From: Hyalangium minutum
GTDB taxonomy: Bacteria > Myxococcota > Myxococcia > Myxococcales > Myxococcaceae
Length of the DNA stretch: 124,000 bases
Direction of reading: 5' to 3'
Assembly (NCBI RefSeq): GCF_000737315.1
Contig: NZ_JMCB01000001.1
Location: 20,001 to 144,000, forward strand
Each line of letters starts with the position of its first letter. Position 1 is the stretch's first letter. The notes beneath the pieces were generated by a model. The model saw only the letters and a list, made by a program, of their open reading frames with translations, searched no databases and was not told the origin of the DNA. The translations under genes and the position numbers were made by a program. This document shows positions 106,701 to 117,300 of this stretch, in pieces.

Positions 106701-109700
106701 GGAAGCGAGAGCGAGGATCACGCCTACCACCAGTCGCTGTGGCAGGGCGGAAAGCTGGCCCGGCTCGCAGCCCTGTGGACGGAGGGCACGGAGATCACCT
106801 GGTCCCGGCTGGAGCACTCCCCCACGCTGAGGCGCATTCCGCTGCCCACGTACCCCTTCGCCCGCCGGCGCTGCTGGATCCCTCAGGTGGCCTCGTCGCG
106901 GGGAGCAGGTGCCTCGGCGGCCCCGGTGCTGCACCCGCTGATCGACGCCAACACCTCCACGTTGAAGGGTCCGCGCTTCCTCAAGCGGCTCACGGCCACC
107001 GAGTTCTATGTGGCCGATCACATCGTCCGTGAGCAGCGGCTGCTGCCGGGCGTGGTGTCGCTGGAGATGGCCCGGGCCGCGGGTGCGCTGGCTTCCGAGA
107101 CCGGGATCTCCCACCTGCGGAATGTCCTCTGGGCCAGCCCGCTCGTCGTGGACTCGCCGCGGGACGTGACCGTCCGGCTCAGCGCTGGCGGCGCCCATGT
107201 CGAGTTCGAGGTGGTGACGGGCTCGGGCGAGGAGGCCACCGTGCACGCGCTCGGCAAGCTCTATTCCTCTTCCGGGGAGGCACAGCAGCCCCCAGCTCCC
107301 GTCTCGATCGATGAGATCCAGCGGCGCTGCGCCCAGGTGCTCTCCGACGAGGCTGTCTACTCCGGGTTCGTGGCGCGGGGCTTCCGGTACGGCCCGGGCC
107401 TGCGAGCCATTCACGAGCTGCGCACTGGGCCGGGTGAGGCCCTCGCCGAGCTGCGCCTGCCCGAGCATCTCCAGGCAGAGGCCAGCGCCTATGTCCTGCA
107501 CCCCGCCCTCCTCGACGGTGCGCTCCAGGCGGTCTCCGGCCTGACGCCCCCCGCCTCGGGCGGCGAGGGCGAGCTGCTGCCTTTCTCCGTGGGAGAGCTG
107601 CGGCTCCACAGCCCCATCCCCTCGCGCTGCTTCGTCCACGTCACCGTGGGAGAGCCCAAGGAGAGCACCGGCACGCCTACCCGCTTCCACCTGCGCCTGC
107701 TCGATGAGGCCGGCCGAACGCTCGTCAGCCTGCGGGACTTCACGCTGCGAAGGGTGGCGCGAGAGGAGCTCCCGGTACAGCGCCCCGTGGAGAATCCTGA
107801 GGGGCTGCTGATCTACGAGCCCCACTGGGAAGAGACCCCCGTGCCTGCTCCGTACATCCCCTCGGGCGGAGACGCCCAGCGCCCCTTCCTCGTCTTCGAG
107901 CGGGAGGAGGCGCACTCGCAAGGGCTCCGGCGCCAGCTGCGCGAGCGCTCCGGTGAGGCGCCCATCATCCGGGTGCAGCCCGGCGAGGGCTTCCGCTGCC
108001 TCTCTCCGGAGCACTATCAGATCACTCCGGCTCGCGAGGAGGACTACCGCCAGCTGTGGGAGGCGCTCCGCGAGCGGGGACTCCAGCCCGCGGCCCTCTT
108101 CCACCTCTGGAACCACGAGGCGCGCCCACTCGCCTTCGACACGGCCTCGAGTGCCGAGACCGTGTCCACCGAGCTCCAGGAGCAGCTGCGCCTGGGGCTC
108201 CAATCGCTCTTCCTGCTTGCACGGACCCTGCCTGGGCTCCGGCTGCGGGAGCGGCTGCCCGTCATCTACGCCTTCCAGGGCGAGGGCGAGCAGCCGCAGC
108301 ACTCGGCCGTCGCGGGCTTCGCGCGAAGCGTGGCGCTGGAGAACCCCAAGCTGCGGGTGCGGGTGGTACGGTTCGCCCCGCGCCAGGCTGAGGTCCCCGC
108401 AGACTGGGATGCGCTCCTGCGCGAGCTGCAGCCGCCCGAGCAGACGGAGGTCCGTATCGGCTCCGCCGGCCGGCAGGTGCGGCGCTTCGCTCCCGTGGCG
108501 CCCCCTGCCTCTGGCACGAGCGCCCGGCCGGGGCTGCTCCGTCCACGCGGGGTGTATCTGCTCACGGGGGGCGCAGGCGGACTGGGGCTCGTCTTCGCCC
108601 GGTACCTGGCTCGCGAGGCCCAGGCCCGTGTGGCCCTACTGGGCCGCTCTCCGCTGGATGCGGCCCGGAGGGCTTCGCTCTCCGAGCTGGAGGCGATGGG
108701 TGCCGAGGTGCTGTACCTGAGCGCCGACGTGGCCGATCCCGCGGCGCTGCAGACAGCCGTCACCCGCGTGCGGGAGCGGTTCGGCGCGCTCCACGGCATC
108801 ATCCACGCCGCCGGCGTCATCGAGGACGCCATGGCCGTCAACAAGCCCTTGAATTCCTTCCAGCGGGTGCTCACCCCGAAGATCCAGGGGACGCTGAACC
108901 TCGACGCCGCCACCCGGGAAGTGCCGCTCGACTTCCTGGTGCTGTTCTCCTCCGCCTCCGCTGTCTTCGGCAGCATGGGGCAGACGGACTACGCCGCGGG
109001 CAACCAGTTCATGGACGCGTTCGCAACCCTGCGCGAGGAGCTGCGCGAGCGCGGCCTGCGGAGCGGACGCACGCTCTCGCTCAACTGGCCGCTGTGGCGC
109101 GAGGGCGGCATGCGCATCCAGCCCGAGGTGGAGGAGATGATCCTCCGCAACACGGGACTGAAGGTGTTGGAGACCGGGCGAGGCCTTACCGCCTTCTCGC
109201 TGGCCCAGGCGCTCCCCGGCTCCCAGCTCATGCTGCTGGAGGGCGATCCCGCCGTCATCCACAAGCGCATCGAGCTGGCCACCCAGCCCGTCGTCCGGCC
109301 CCAGCGCTCCGCCCCGCCGCCCCCCGCCGCGCCGGAGCCCGCCGTGGCCGAGCGCGCCGTGGCCCCTCCGACCCTCGAAACGCTCCAGTCCCACCTCGAG
109401 CAGGATCTGAGCGAAACCTGCTCGGCGTTGCTCAAGGTCTCCACGAGCGAGCTCGACGCCGAGGCGGACTTCAGCGACTACGGCGTGGACTCGTTGATGA
109501 TCATGCGGATCCTCGATCACCTCGAGGAGCGCTACACCGTGAGCCTCGATCCGAGTGCCCTCACAGAGCACCCCTCCATTCGCTCCCTGGCGAAGCACCT
109601 CGTGGCTGAGCACCGCGGCCACGTGGAGGCGAGGCTCGCCACGCCTGCCCAGGCTCCAGAGCCTGTCCAGCCCCTCGCCGCCCCCGCCTCGCCGCCTCCT

Positions 109701-111308
109701 CCGCCGCCGGCCAGCCCCTCCCTCCTTGGGAGAGAGACGCCCTCCCATACGCCCACCGCCTCGGTCCCAGCGCAGGAGGTCCGTGCGGCCGCACCCACGC
109801 TCCTGCGTCCCAGTGACCCGCCCCGGCGCGTCGCCGTCATCGGCGTGGCCTGCCGGTTCCCGGGCTCCCACGGCCCCGAGTCCTTCTGGGCCAACCTCGC
109901 GGCGGGCCGGGATCTGGTGACGACCGTGCCCACGGAGCGTTGGGACGCCGAGCGGTACTATGACCCGCGCAAGGCGGTGCCCAACAAGAGCTACTCGAAG
110001 TGGGGAGCCTTCGCGGAAGAGGTGGACTTGTTCGACGCGGCCTTCTTCGGCATCGCCGAGGAGGATGCGGACTGGATGGATCCCCAGCAGCGCATCGCGC
110101 TGGAGACGGCGCAGGAGCTGCTGGACGGGGCGGGTTACCCGCGGAAGGAGCTCGCGCACAGCCGGACCGGCGTCTTCCTGGGCGCCACCGCCAACGACTA
110201 CGTGCGCAGCGGCTTCCGAGGCCACGGGCGCTCCACGCCGCACCTGCTGCTGAACACGCTCCAGAACATGGTGGCGGCGCGCATCTCCCACTTCTGGGAC
110301 TTGAAGGGCCCGTCGCTCGTCGTCGACACGGCCTGCTCCTCCTCGCTGCTCGCCATCCATCACGCCTGCCGCGGCATCCTGTCAGGCGAGATCGACATGG
110401 CCATCGCGGGCGGGATGTACCTGCTGCTGGATCCTTTCCTCCACGTCAGCTTCAGCCAGGCGCAGCTGCTCTCGGAGGACGGGCGCACCCGCATCTTCGA
110501 CCGCAAGGCCAGCGGCTTCACGCCGGGCGAGGGCGTGGGCATGGTGCTGCTCAAGGAGTACGGGCAGGCCGTGCGCGACGGGGACCGCATCCTGGCCACC
110601 GTGCTTGGCTCGGCGGTCAACAACGATGGGCGCACCCTGGGGCTGACCATGCCCAGCAAGGAGGCCCAGGTGGAGGTCATCGGCGAAGCCCTCCGCCTCT
110701 CTGGAGTCTCCGCGCGGGACATCGGCTACCTGGAGACCCATGGCTCGGGGAATGCCTTCGGAGATCCGCTGGAGATCCACGCGGCCAGCGAGGTCTTCCG
110801 CCGGGAGAGCTCGCGCAAGCAGTACTGCGGGGTGGGCTCGGTGAAGTCCAACATCGGCGCGCTGCTCCAGGCCGGGGCGGTGGCGAGCTTCATCAAGGTG
110901 GTGCTGGCGCTCCAGCACCAGGAGCTCCCCGCCACCGTGCACTGCGAGGAGCCGCATCCGCGGTTCCACTTCCCGGAGACGCCCTTCTTCCCTGTCACCC
111001 AGCTGCAGCCCTGGGAGCCCCTGGGTGGGACCCGCTACGCGGCCGTCTCCTCCTTTGGATTGGGGGGCACCAACTGCCACCTCGTGCTGGGCCAGGGTGA
111101 CGCGCTGCACCCCGGCTACCGGCCCACACGCCAGCCGCTGGCGCCCACGCGCTTCCAGCGCAAGCGGCACTGGATGCCCTGGACCGAGGCCCAGGAGCCG
111201 AGGAACACGCAGCCCCCCTCGCTGGAGCAGCTCCTCGATGCGCTCGACCAGGGCGCCATCGCCGTGGAGCAGGCAGTGAACGTCATCACCGGCGGCGCCA
111301 GGCCCTAG
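103746..111308 (+). CDS. trans-AT PKS 2: DH-ACP-KS-DH-KR-ACP-KS0
   Basis: DHLVHGVRILPG and DHIVREQRLLPG DH motifs; terminal KS with HGSGN and NIGAL. Confidence 0.92.
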   Translation: MSPTIVNPPVMALSSKRLKTTVLFEDYMVRDHLVHGVRILPGVFFLDLTYRMARQQGLEPGQVELRRCLFIEPIAVTESYDKQVRLSVEPQGDHAAISVESRKVKDGVALEEQWTANFTCELHQVPREPRAPLDIARLRATATRRADADELYAFARSVDIDHQEFMKALGTLHYGQGWLLAEVTLSELAQGYLEHFHVHPAYLDFSTLMPFCLFEKDAAERQPFIPIFIDAFRAHGPLSRTCVAYVEQTGQQSLSGDTVHSDIRLFSPEGELLVHFRNFRAKKIRTRNLITQHQAPSQAPEPARPALTPVAPPAAPRPSASASPLERVQAELRSLVSRALKRLPEDVDVNAGFYEQGLASVDLLQIVRALEARLGRELYPTLLFEYTTVSALAGYLVEQFGDLLARPSESAPAEPPPPPPQAAAAAAPAATSPAVESSKPAPRAPAAREEADEDEIAIVGVAGRYPQARDLDEFWANLKAGRDCITEIPRSRWEVERYFDSERGKPGRTYSRWGGFIDGVDEFDPLFFNISPREAEMMDPQERVFLETAWAALEDAGYTRERLGTGKGNDIGVFAGVMWSDYQLFGLEEILKGNPVVAGSWFSSVANRISYFLNLQGPSVPVDTACSSSLYAIHLACESIKRGECSAALVGGVNASLHFSKYLKLSELQMLSTDGRCRTFGKGGNGYVPGEGVGAVLLKPLKRAIADRDTIHAVIKSTAVNHGGRTSGFSVPSPDAQARLIRDALEKARIPASTVSYIEAHGTGTSLGDPIEIAGLTSAFRGDSTEKGFCAVGSVKSNIGHLEAAAGIAGLTKVLLCMRHRTLVPSLHSRELNPSIPFADTPFYVPQEARAWEKRTGHPRRAGISSFGAGGSNAHILLEEYEDPRVGREAASALPQLVVLSARTPERLQESARKLRDFLEAHGEARLEDLAYTLQVGRETMEARLAVVAQDKAELRKALEGYLDGTPEGARRVLSGQVKRGASGAGSESEDHAYHQSLWQGGKLARLAALWTEGTEITWSRLEHSPTLRRIPLPTYPFARRRCWIPQVASSRGAGASAAPVLHPLIDANTSTLKGPRFLKRLTATEFYVADHIVREQRLLPGVVSLEMARAAGALASETGISHLRNVLWASPLVVDSPRDVTVRLSAGGAHVEFEVVTGSGEEATVHALGKLYSSSGEAQQPPAPVSIDEIQRRCAQVLSDEAVYSGFVARGFRYGPGLRAIHELRTGPGEALAELRLPEHLQAEASAYVLHPALLDGALQAVSGLTPPASGGEGELLPFSVGELRLHSPIPSRCFVHVTVGEPKESTGTPTRFHLRLLDEAGRTLVSLRDFTLRRVAREELPVQRPVENPEGLLIYEPHWEETPVPAPYIPSGGDAQRPFLVFEREEAHSQGLRRQLRERSGEAPIIRVQPGEGFRCLSPEHYQITPAREEDYRQLWEALRERGLQPAALFHLWNHEARPLAFDTASSAETVSTELQEQLRLGLQSLFLLARTLPGLRLRERLPVIYAFQGEGEQPQHSAVAGFARSVALENPKLRVRVVRFAPRQAEVPADWDALLRELQPPEQTEVRIGSAGRQVRRFAPVAPPASGTSARPGLLRPRGVYLLTGGAGGLGLVFARYLAREAQARVALLGRSPLDAARRASLSELEAMGAEVLYLSADVADPAALQTAVTRVRERFGALHGIIHAAGVIEDAMAVNKPLNSFQRVLTPKIQGTLNLDAATREVPLDFLVLFSSASAVFGSMGQTDYAAGNQFMDAFATLREELRERGLRSGRTLSLNWPLWREGGMRIQPEVEEMILRNTGLKVLETGRGLTAFSLAQALPGSQLMLLEGDPAVIHKRIELATQPVVRPQRSAPPPPAAPEPAVAERAVAPPTLETLQSHLEQDLSETCSALLKVSTSELDAEADFSDYGVDSLMIMRILDHLEERYTVSLDPSALTEHPSIRSLAKHLVAEHRGHVEARLATPAQAPEPVQPLAAPASPPPPPPASPSLLGRETPSHTPTASVPAQEVRAAAPTLLRPSDPPRRVAVIGVACRFPGSHGPESFWANLAAGRDLVTTVPTERWDAERYYDPRKAVPNKSYSKWGAFAEEVDLFDAAFFGIAEEDADWMDPQQRIALETAQELLDGAGYPRKELAHSRTGVFLGATANDYVRSGFRGHGRSTPHLLLNTLQNMVAARISHFWDLKGPSLVVDTACSSSLLAIHHACRGILSGEIDMAIAGGMYLLLDPFLHVSFSQAQLLSEDGRTRIFDRKASGFTPGEGVGMVLLKEYGQAVRDGDRILATVLGSAVNNDGRTLGLTMPSKEAQVEVIGEALRLSGVSARDIGYLETHGSGNAFGDPLEIHAASEVFRRESSRKQYCGVGSVKSNIGALLQAGAVASFIKVVLALQHQELPATVHCEEPHPRFHFPETPFFPVTQLQPWEPLGGTRYAAVSSFGLGGTNCHLVLGQGDALHPGYRPTRQPLAPTRFQRKRHWMPWTEAQEPRNTQPPSLEQLLDALDQGAIAVEQAVNVITGGARP

Positions 111309-111328
111309 AAACGATTTCGAGCCAGCAC

Positions 111329-114300
111329 ATGACCGAGCGGATTGTGAGCACGAACAGCACCCTCCAGGCATACACCCGGGAGATTCTGGAGAAGTTCGTC
111401 CGGAAGGAGCTCTCACGCGAAGAGGCCCTGGTCCTGCTGCGGAGCCCTGCGCGGCCCGCAGCGGAGCCGGCCGCGCCCGCGGTCCCTGAAGAGCCCTCGC
111501 TCGCGGAGGCGACCACGCGCTACCTGGCACGGCAGCTGGAGGAGCTCGGGAAAGCAGCAGCCCCCGAGCGGAACTTCATGGAGCTGGGGCTGGGCTCGGC
111601 GGACCTGCTGGAGCTCAACACGCGGCTTGAGCGCGATCTGCGCATCGATCTCGTGCCCACGGTCTTCTTCGATCACTCCAGCGTCGGGCGCCTGGCGGAC
111701 TACCTCGCGCGGACTTTCCCGGAGCAGCTCGCCCACGCGCTGCGAGAGTCCCCCAGCGAGGTGCCTTCCGCTCCCGCGCCCTCCCCCGCTCCCACCCCCA
111801 CTCCCACTCCCGCTCCGCTGCCCACCGCCACGCCGCTGGCCCACACTGCTCCCTCCAAGCAGCCGAGGAACGAGCCCTCGGGCGCCCCGGGGACGCGCAC
111901 GGGGGACATCGCCATCATCGGCATGGCGGGCCTGTTCCCGCAGTCGCCCGATCTGGACACGTTCTGGAAGAACCTGGCGGCGGCGAAAGATCTCGTGGAG
112001 GAAGTCCCACGCGAGCGCTGGGACGTGGCGGCCTGGTACGACCCCACCCAGACGCAGCCCAACCGCATCTCCTGCAAGTGGGGGAGCTTCGTCCCGGACG
112101 TGGACAAGTTCGACCCGCTCTTCTTCCACATCTCTCCGCGTGAGGCGGAGGTGATGGACCCGCAGGTGCGGCTGCTGCTCCAGGTGCTCTACAGCACGGC
112201 GGAAGACGCGGGCTGCGTGAGCGCGCTGCGGGGCTCGCACACGGGAATGTTCGTGGGGGCCTGCTTCCGCGACTACGACGACGAGATGCTGCGGCGCGGG
112301 CTTCCGGTGGGGCCGCATGACGGGACGGGCAACGCCGCGACAATGCTGGCCAACCGGCCCTCCTTCTTCTTCGACCTCAAGGGGCCGAGCCTCACGGTGG
112401 ACACCGCCTGCTCCTCCTCGCTGGTGGCGCTGCACCTGGCCTGCCAGGCGCTGCGGCGCGGCGAGTGCGACATGGCCTTCGCCGCGGGCGTGAACCTCAT
112501 CCTCAGCCCGCGCCACTACTTGCACTTCTCCGCGATGAAAGCGCTGTCGCCGACGGGGCACTGCCACGCGTTCGACAGCACCGCGGATGGGTATGTGCCG
112601 GGCGAGGCCGTGGCCGCCGTCCTCCTCAAGCCGCTCGAGCAGGCCCTGCGGGATGGCGATCCCATCCACGCCGTCATCAAGGGCACCAGCGTCAACCATG
112701 GCGGCTACACCAACTCCATCACCGCGCCCAGCCCCGCGATGCAAGCCGAGCTGCTGCTGGAGGCGTGGAAGGACGCCGGCATCGATCCGGAGACGCTGAG
112801 CTACATCGAGGCGCACGGGACGGGCACCCGGCTGGGGGACCCCATCGAGGTGGAGGGGCTGAAGCTGGCCTTCGCCCGGCACACCACGAAGCAGCGCTTC
112901 TGTGCGCTGGGCTCGGCCAAGGCGCACCTGGGCCACACCGAGGCGGCGGCCGGCCTCACCGGCCTCGTCAAGGTGGTGCTCTCGATGAACCGGGGGCTCA
113001 TCCCCTCCATGCCGGGCTTCCGGGAGCTCAACCCCTTCATCAAGCTCGAAGGCAGCCCGCTCTACATCAACGAGAAGCCGAAGGCCTGGCTCACGCCCGT
113101 GGGAGCCCCACGCCGCGCTGGAGTCAGCTCGTTTGGCTTCGGCGGAGCCAACGCGCACGTGGTGCTGGAGGAGTACGTACAGCCCCGCCCAGAAGCGGCC
113201 TCGGAGACGACGGGGATGCCGCTGCTCTTTCCCTTCTCCGCACGGGATGAGGTGCGGCTGCGCGAGCTGGTGGAGCGCTTCGAGTCCTTCCTGTCACGGG
113301 ATGCAGGGCCTTCGCTCGCGGAGGTGGCGTACACCCTCCAGACGGGACGCGCCACGCTGGCCTCGCGGCTGGCCATCATCGCCAGCTCGCACGCGGATCT
113401 GCTGACGGCGCTCAAGGACTTCCAGGCGCGTCGCGAGGTGCCCCTGCCCGGGCTCGTGCGCGTGCGAGAGGACGGCTCTGTCCTGCTCCAGGCCGAGGCG
113501 GCTCCTGGCGAAGCCGGGCTTGCGGAGCTTGCCGGACGGTGGCTGCGCGGGGAGGCCGTCACCTGGCCGGCCCCAGCCTCCGAGTCTCTTCGCCGCGTCT
113601 CGCTGCCCACCTCCACCTTCGCCCGGGAGCGCTACTGGTTCGAGGCAACTCCCGGGGTCACTGGGGTGGAGCCAGCGCCCGCCCAACCCCAGCTGCCCCC
113701 GGCGGGGGCCGAGCTGACGTGGTTCAAGCCCGAGTGGTTCCCCTCCGCGCTGTCCGCGCCCAGCGAGGTCCCAGCCACAGCCGGCGCCGTGCTGGTGTTC
113801 GACCCGGACGGATCGTTCACGCAACAGGTCGAGGCCCAGGATCGCCTGCGCGGGTCCGCTCGCGCGGTGGTGCGCATCCAGCCGGGCGCGGAGTTCCGCC
113901 GTGTGGGGCCGCGGCACTATGAGCTCCAGCCAGAGCACGCGGCAGACTACGAGCGGCTCCTCGATGCGCTGGCCAACGATGGCCTCCGCCTCGCGGGGAT
114001 CCTGTTCTTCTGGGGGAAGCGCAGCCGCTTCGAGTCACCGGACGCCCTGCTAGAGGGGCTCGATGATGCGCTCGGCCAGGGGCTCTACCCGCTGGTGCGG
114101 CTCATCCAGGCCTTGCTGCCCCGGCGCAAGGACGAGCGGATCCAGTTGCTCTATGTCTACCGGTCGGGCGGAGAAGAGGTGATCGCCCACCATGAGGCGC
114201 TGTCCGGCCTTGCGCGTGCGGTGACGGCCGCCGCCCCATGGTTGAACTTCCGCCTCCTGGGGATGGATGCGTCAGGCACGACACCCGAGCTGCGGGTGGA

Positions 114301-117300
114301 GCGCGTGCTGGCGGAGCTGCATGCCAGCGAGGCCGCCACGCAGGTGGAGGTCCGCTACCGCAACGGAGAGCGCCACGTGCGTGGGGTGCGGCCAGTACCA
114401 GCCCATGAGGCAGCCGCGGCGATGGGCCCCGCCTTCCGGCAAGGCGGCATCTATCTGATCACCGGGGGCCTGGGCGGCGTGGGCTACGAGCTGGCGAAGT
114501 ACCTGGCCGGGAAGTACCGGGCCCGGCTCGTGCTGACTGGACGCTCGCCGCTGGAGGACGAGCTGCGGCGGAAGCTGTCACACCTGGAGGGTCTGGGCTC
114601 GGACGCCGTCTATGTGCAGGCGGACGTCGTCTCGCGCAAGGACGTGGATCACTGCCTGGCGTACGTGAAGGCCCGCTACTCGGGGCTTCACGGCATCATC
114701 CACTGCGCGGGCCTGCTGAAGGAGGCCACGCTGGCGGACAAGCGCCAGGAGGACTTCGGGACCACCCTCGCCCCCAAGGTGCAAGGGACGCTGGTGCTCG
114801 ATCAGGCCACCCGGGCAGCACCCCTCGAGCTCTTCGTCGTCCTCTCCTCTGTCTCCACGGTGATCGGCACCTCGCTGGCCGCCGACTACGCCACGGCCAA
114901 CCGCTTCCTGGACAGCTTCGCGGCCCTGCGCGAGTCGCTGCGCCAGCGCGGCCAGCGCCAGGGCCAGACGCTGTCGATCTGCTACCCGTACTGGCGCGAT
115001 GGCGGCATGCGGATGTCGCCGGAGAAGGAGGCGCTCGTTCTCCAGGCCACGGGCATGGAGCCGCTCTCCTCCGCGCAGGGAATCCAGGCGCTGGAGACGG
115101 CGCTGGCGCTGGGCCACCAGCAGGGGTTGCCCCAGATCCTCACTGCCTTCGGGGAGCTGGAGAAGATGCAGCGGGCGCTCCAGGCAGCACCGCCGCCCCC
115201 GGCCGCCGCAGCTGCCACGCCGCCGGCCCGGCCCGCCACGCCTCCTGACGCCTCCCAAAGCGCGGCGCTCGAGGCGCGGCTCACGACGGAGCTCGTGGAG
115301 TTGGCGGTGAAGACCTTGCGCCTGCAAGGTACCGTCAACCCTCGCTCCGAGCTGTCCGGGTACGGCTTCGAGTCCATCACCATCCTCGAGTTCACTCAGG
115401 CGTTGAATGCCCGGTACGGGACAGCGCTCTCACCCGCCCTCTTCTACGAGCACCGCACCATCGAAGGCTACGTGCGCTTTCTGCTGAGCAAGCACGCCGC
115501 CACCCTCCTGGGGACCCTCCCCGAACACGCCCCCGCCCCCACTCCTGGGGTGGCCACCAGCCCCGTGCCTTCCTCTGGCCCTCGCGAAGAGCAGTCGGCC
115601 GAGACTCGCCAGGACGAGGCCATCGCCGTCGTCGGCATGGCCGGCGTCTTCCCAGGCTCGCCGGATCTGGAGACGTTCTGGAGCAACATCCAGGCGGGTA
115701 GAGATCTCGTGGGGGAGATTCCACGCGAGCGGTTCCGCTGGGAGGACTTCCACGGCGACGGCGTCCCCGAGGAGCGGCGCATCACCAGCCCCCGAGGAGG
115801 CTTCATCCAGGACGTCGACTGCTTCGATCCGCTGCTCTTCAACTTGTCGCCACTCGAGGCGGAGTTGATGGATCCTCAGCAGCGCATCTTCCTGGAGATG
115901 GTGTGGCGGACGCTGGAGGACGCCGGATACCGGCCTGAGGAGCTGTCCCGGCGGAAGACGGGCGTGTTCGTCGGCGTGTCCAACGTGGACTACCGGGACG
116001 TGCTCGCCGGTGCTGGCCGGATGTCGGAGGTCTACATTACCACGGGGCTGTCCACCTCGCTCATCCCCAACCGCGTCTCCTACCTGTTCGACTGGAGCGG
116101 GCCCAGCGAGCCGGTGGACACGGGGTGCTCGAGCTCTCTGGTAGCCCTCCACCGCGCGATGGCCGCGCTGCGCGCGGGGGACTGTGACGCGGCCGTGGTG
116201 GGTGGCATCAACCTGCTGCTCAGCCCCACGCCCTTCATCGCCTGCAGCCGGGCGGGGATGCTCTCCCCGGACGGCCGGTGCATGACGTTCGACAAGCGCG
116301 CCAACGGCTACGTGCGCGGCGAAGGGGCCGGCGCGCTGCTGCTCAAGCCGCTCTCCCGGGCGCTCGCCGATGGGGACCGCATCCACGCCGTCATCCGCGG
116401 CACCGCCATCAACCACGGCGGCCATGCTCAGGGGCTGACCGTGCCCAACCCCACGGCCCAGTCGCAGGTGCTCATCTCCGTTTACGAGAAGGCAGGGGTG
116501 GATCCCGCGACGCTCGGCTTCATCGAAGCGCACGGGACCGGCACCTCGCTGGGAGATCCCATCGAGGTCAACGGGCTTCGAAAGCTCTTCCAGCACTTCC
116601 ACGGCGACACGAGCCCCGCGGGCGCGCGCTGCGGCCTGGGCACGGTGAAGTCGAACATCGGCCACCTGGAGTCGGCGGCCGGCATCGCCGGGGTGATCAA
116701 GGTCATCCTCTCCCTGAAGCATCGCACGCTGCCCGCCAGCCTCCACTGCCAGGAACTGAACCCCTTCATTGATCTGTCGGGGAGCCCGCTCTACATCGTG
116801 CGGGAGACGCAGCCCTGGGAGGCTCGCGAGGACGCGCAGGGCCAACGCCTGCCACGCCGTGCAGGCGTGAGCTCCTTCGGCTTTGGCGGCGTGAACGCCC
116901 ATGCCTTGCTCGAGGAGTATGTCGAGGCTCCCACCTCCCCGGCCCAGGAGACCCCGCGCCTCATGGGAGGCCAGGAGCTGATTGTCCTGTCCGCCCGGAA
117001 CGCGGAGCGGCTGACCGAGTCGGCGCGGCGCCTGGCCACCTTCCTTCAGCGGGCCGAGGCCTCTGCCCCGCCCTTGGCGGATATCGCCCGAACCTTGCGC
117101 GAGGGCCGGCGTGAAATGGAGCACCGCCTGGCCATCATCGCCAGCTCGGTGGGGGAGCTGCGCGCCCGGCTGGAGGACTTCCTCGCGGGCCAGAAGCACG
117201 CGGCCCTCCTCACCGGAAAGGCCTCCTCCGAGAGCCCCTCGCTCCAGCTGATGGAGGAGAGCGAAGAGGGGCGGGCTTTCATCGCCAGCCTGGTCCGCAA

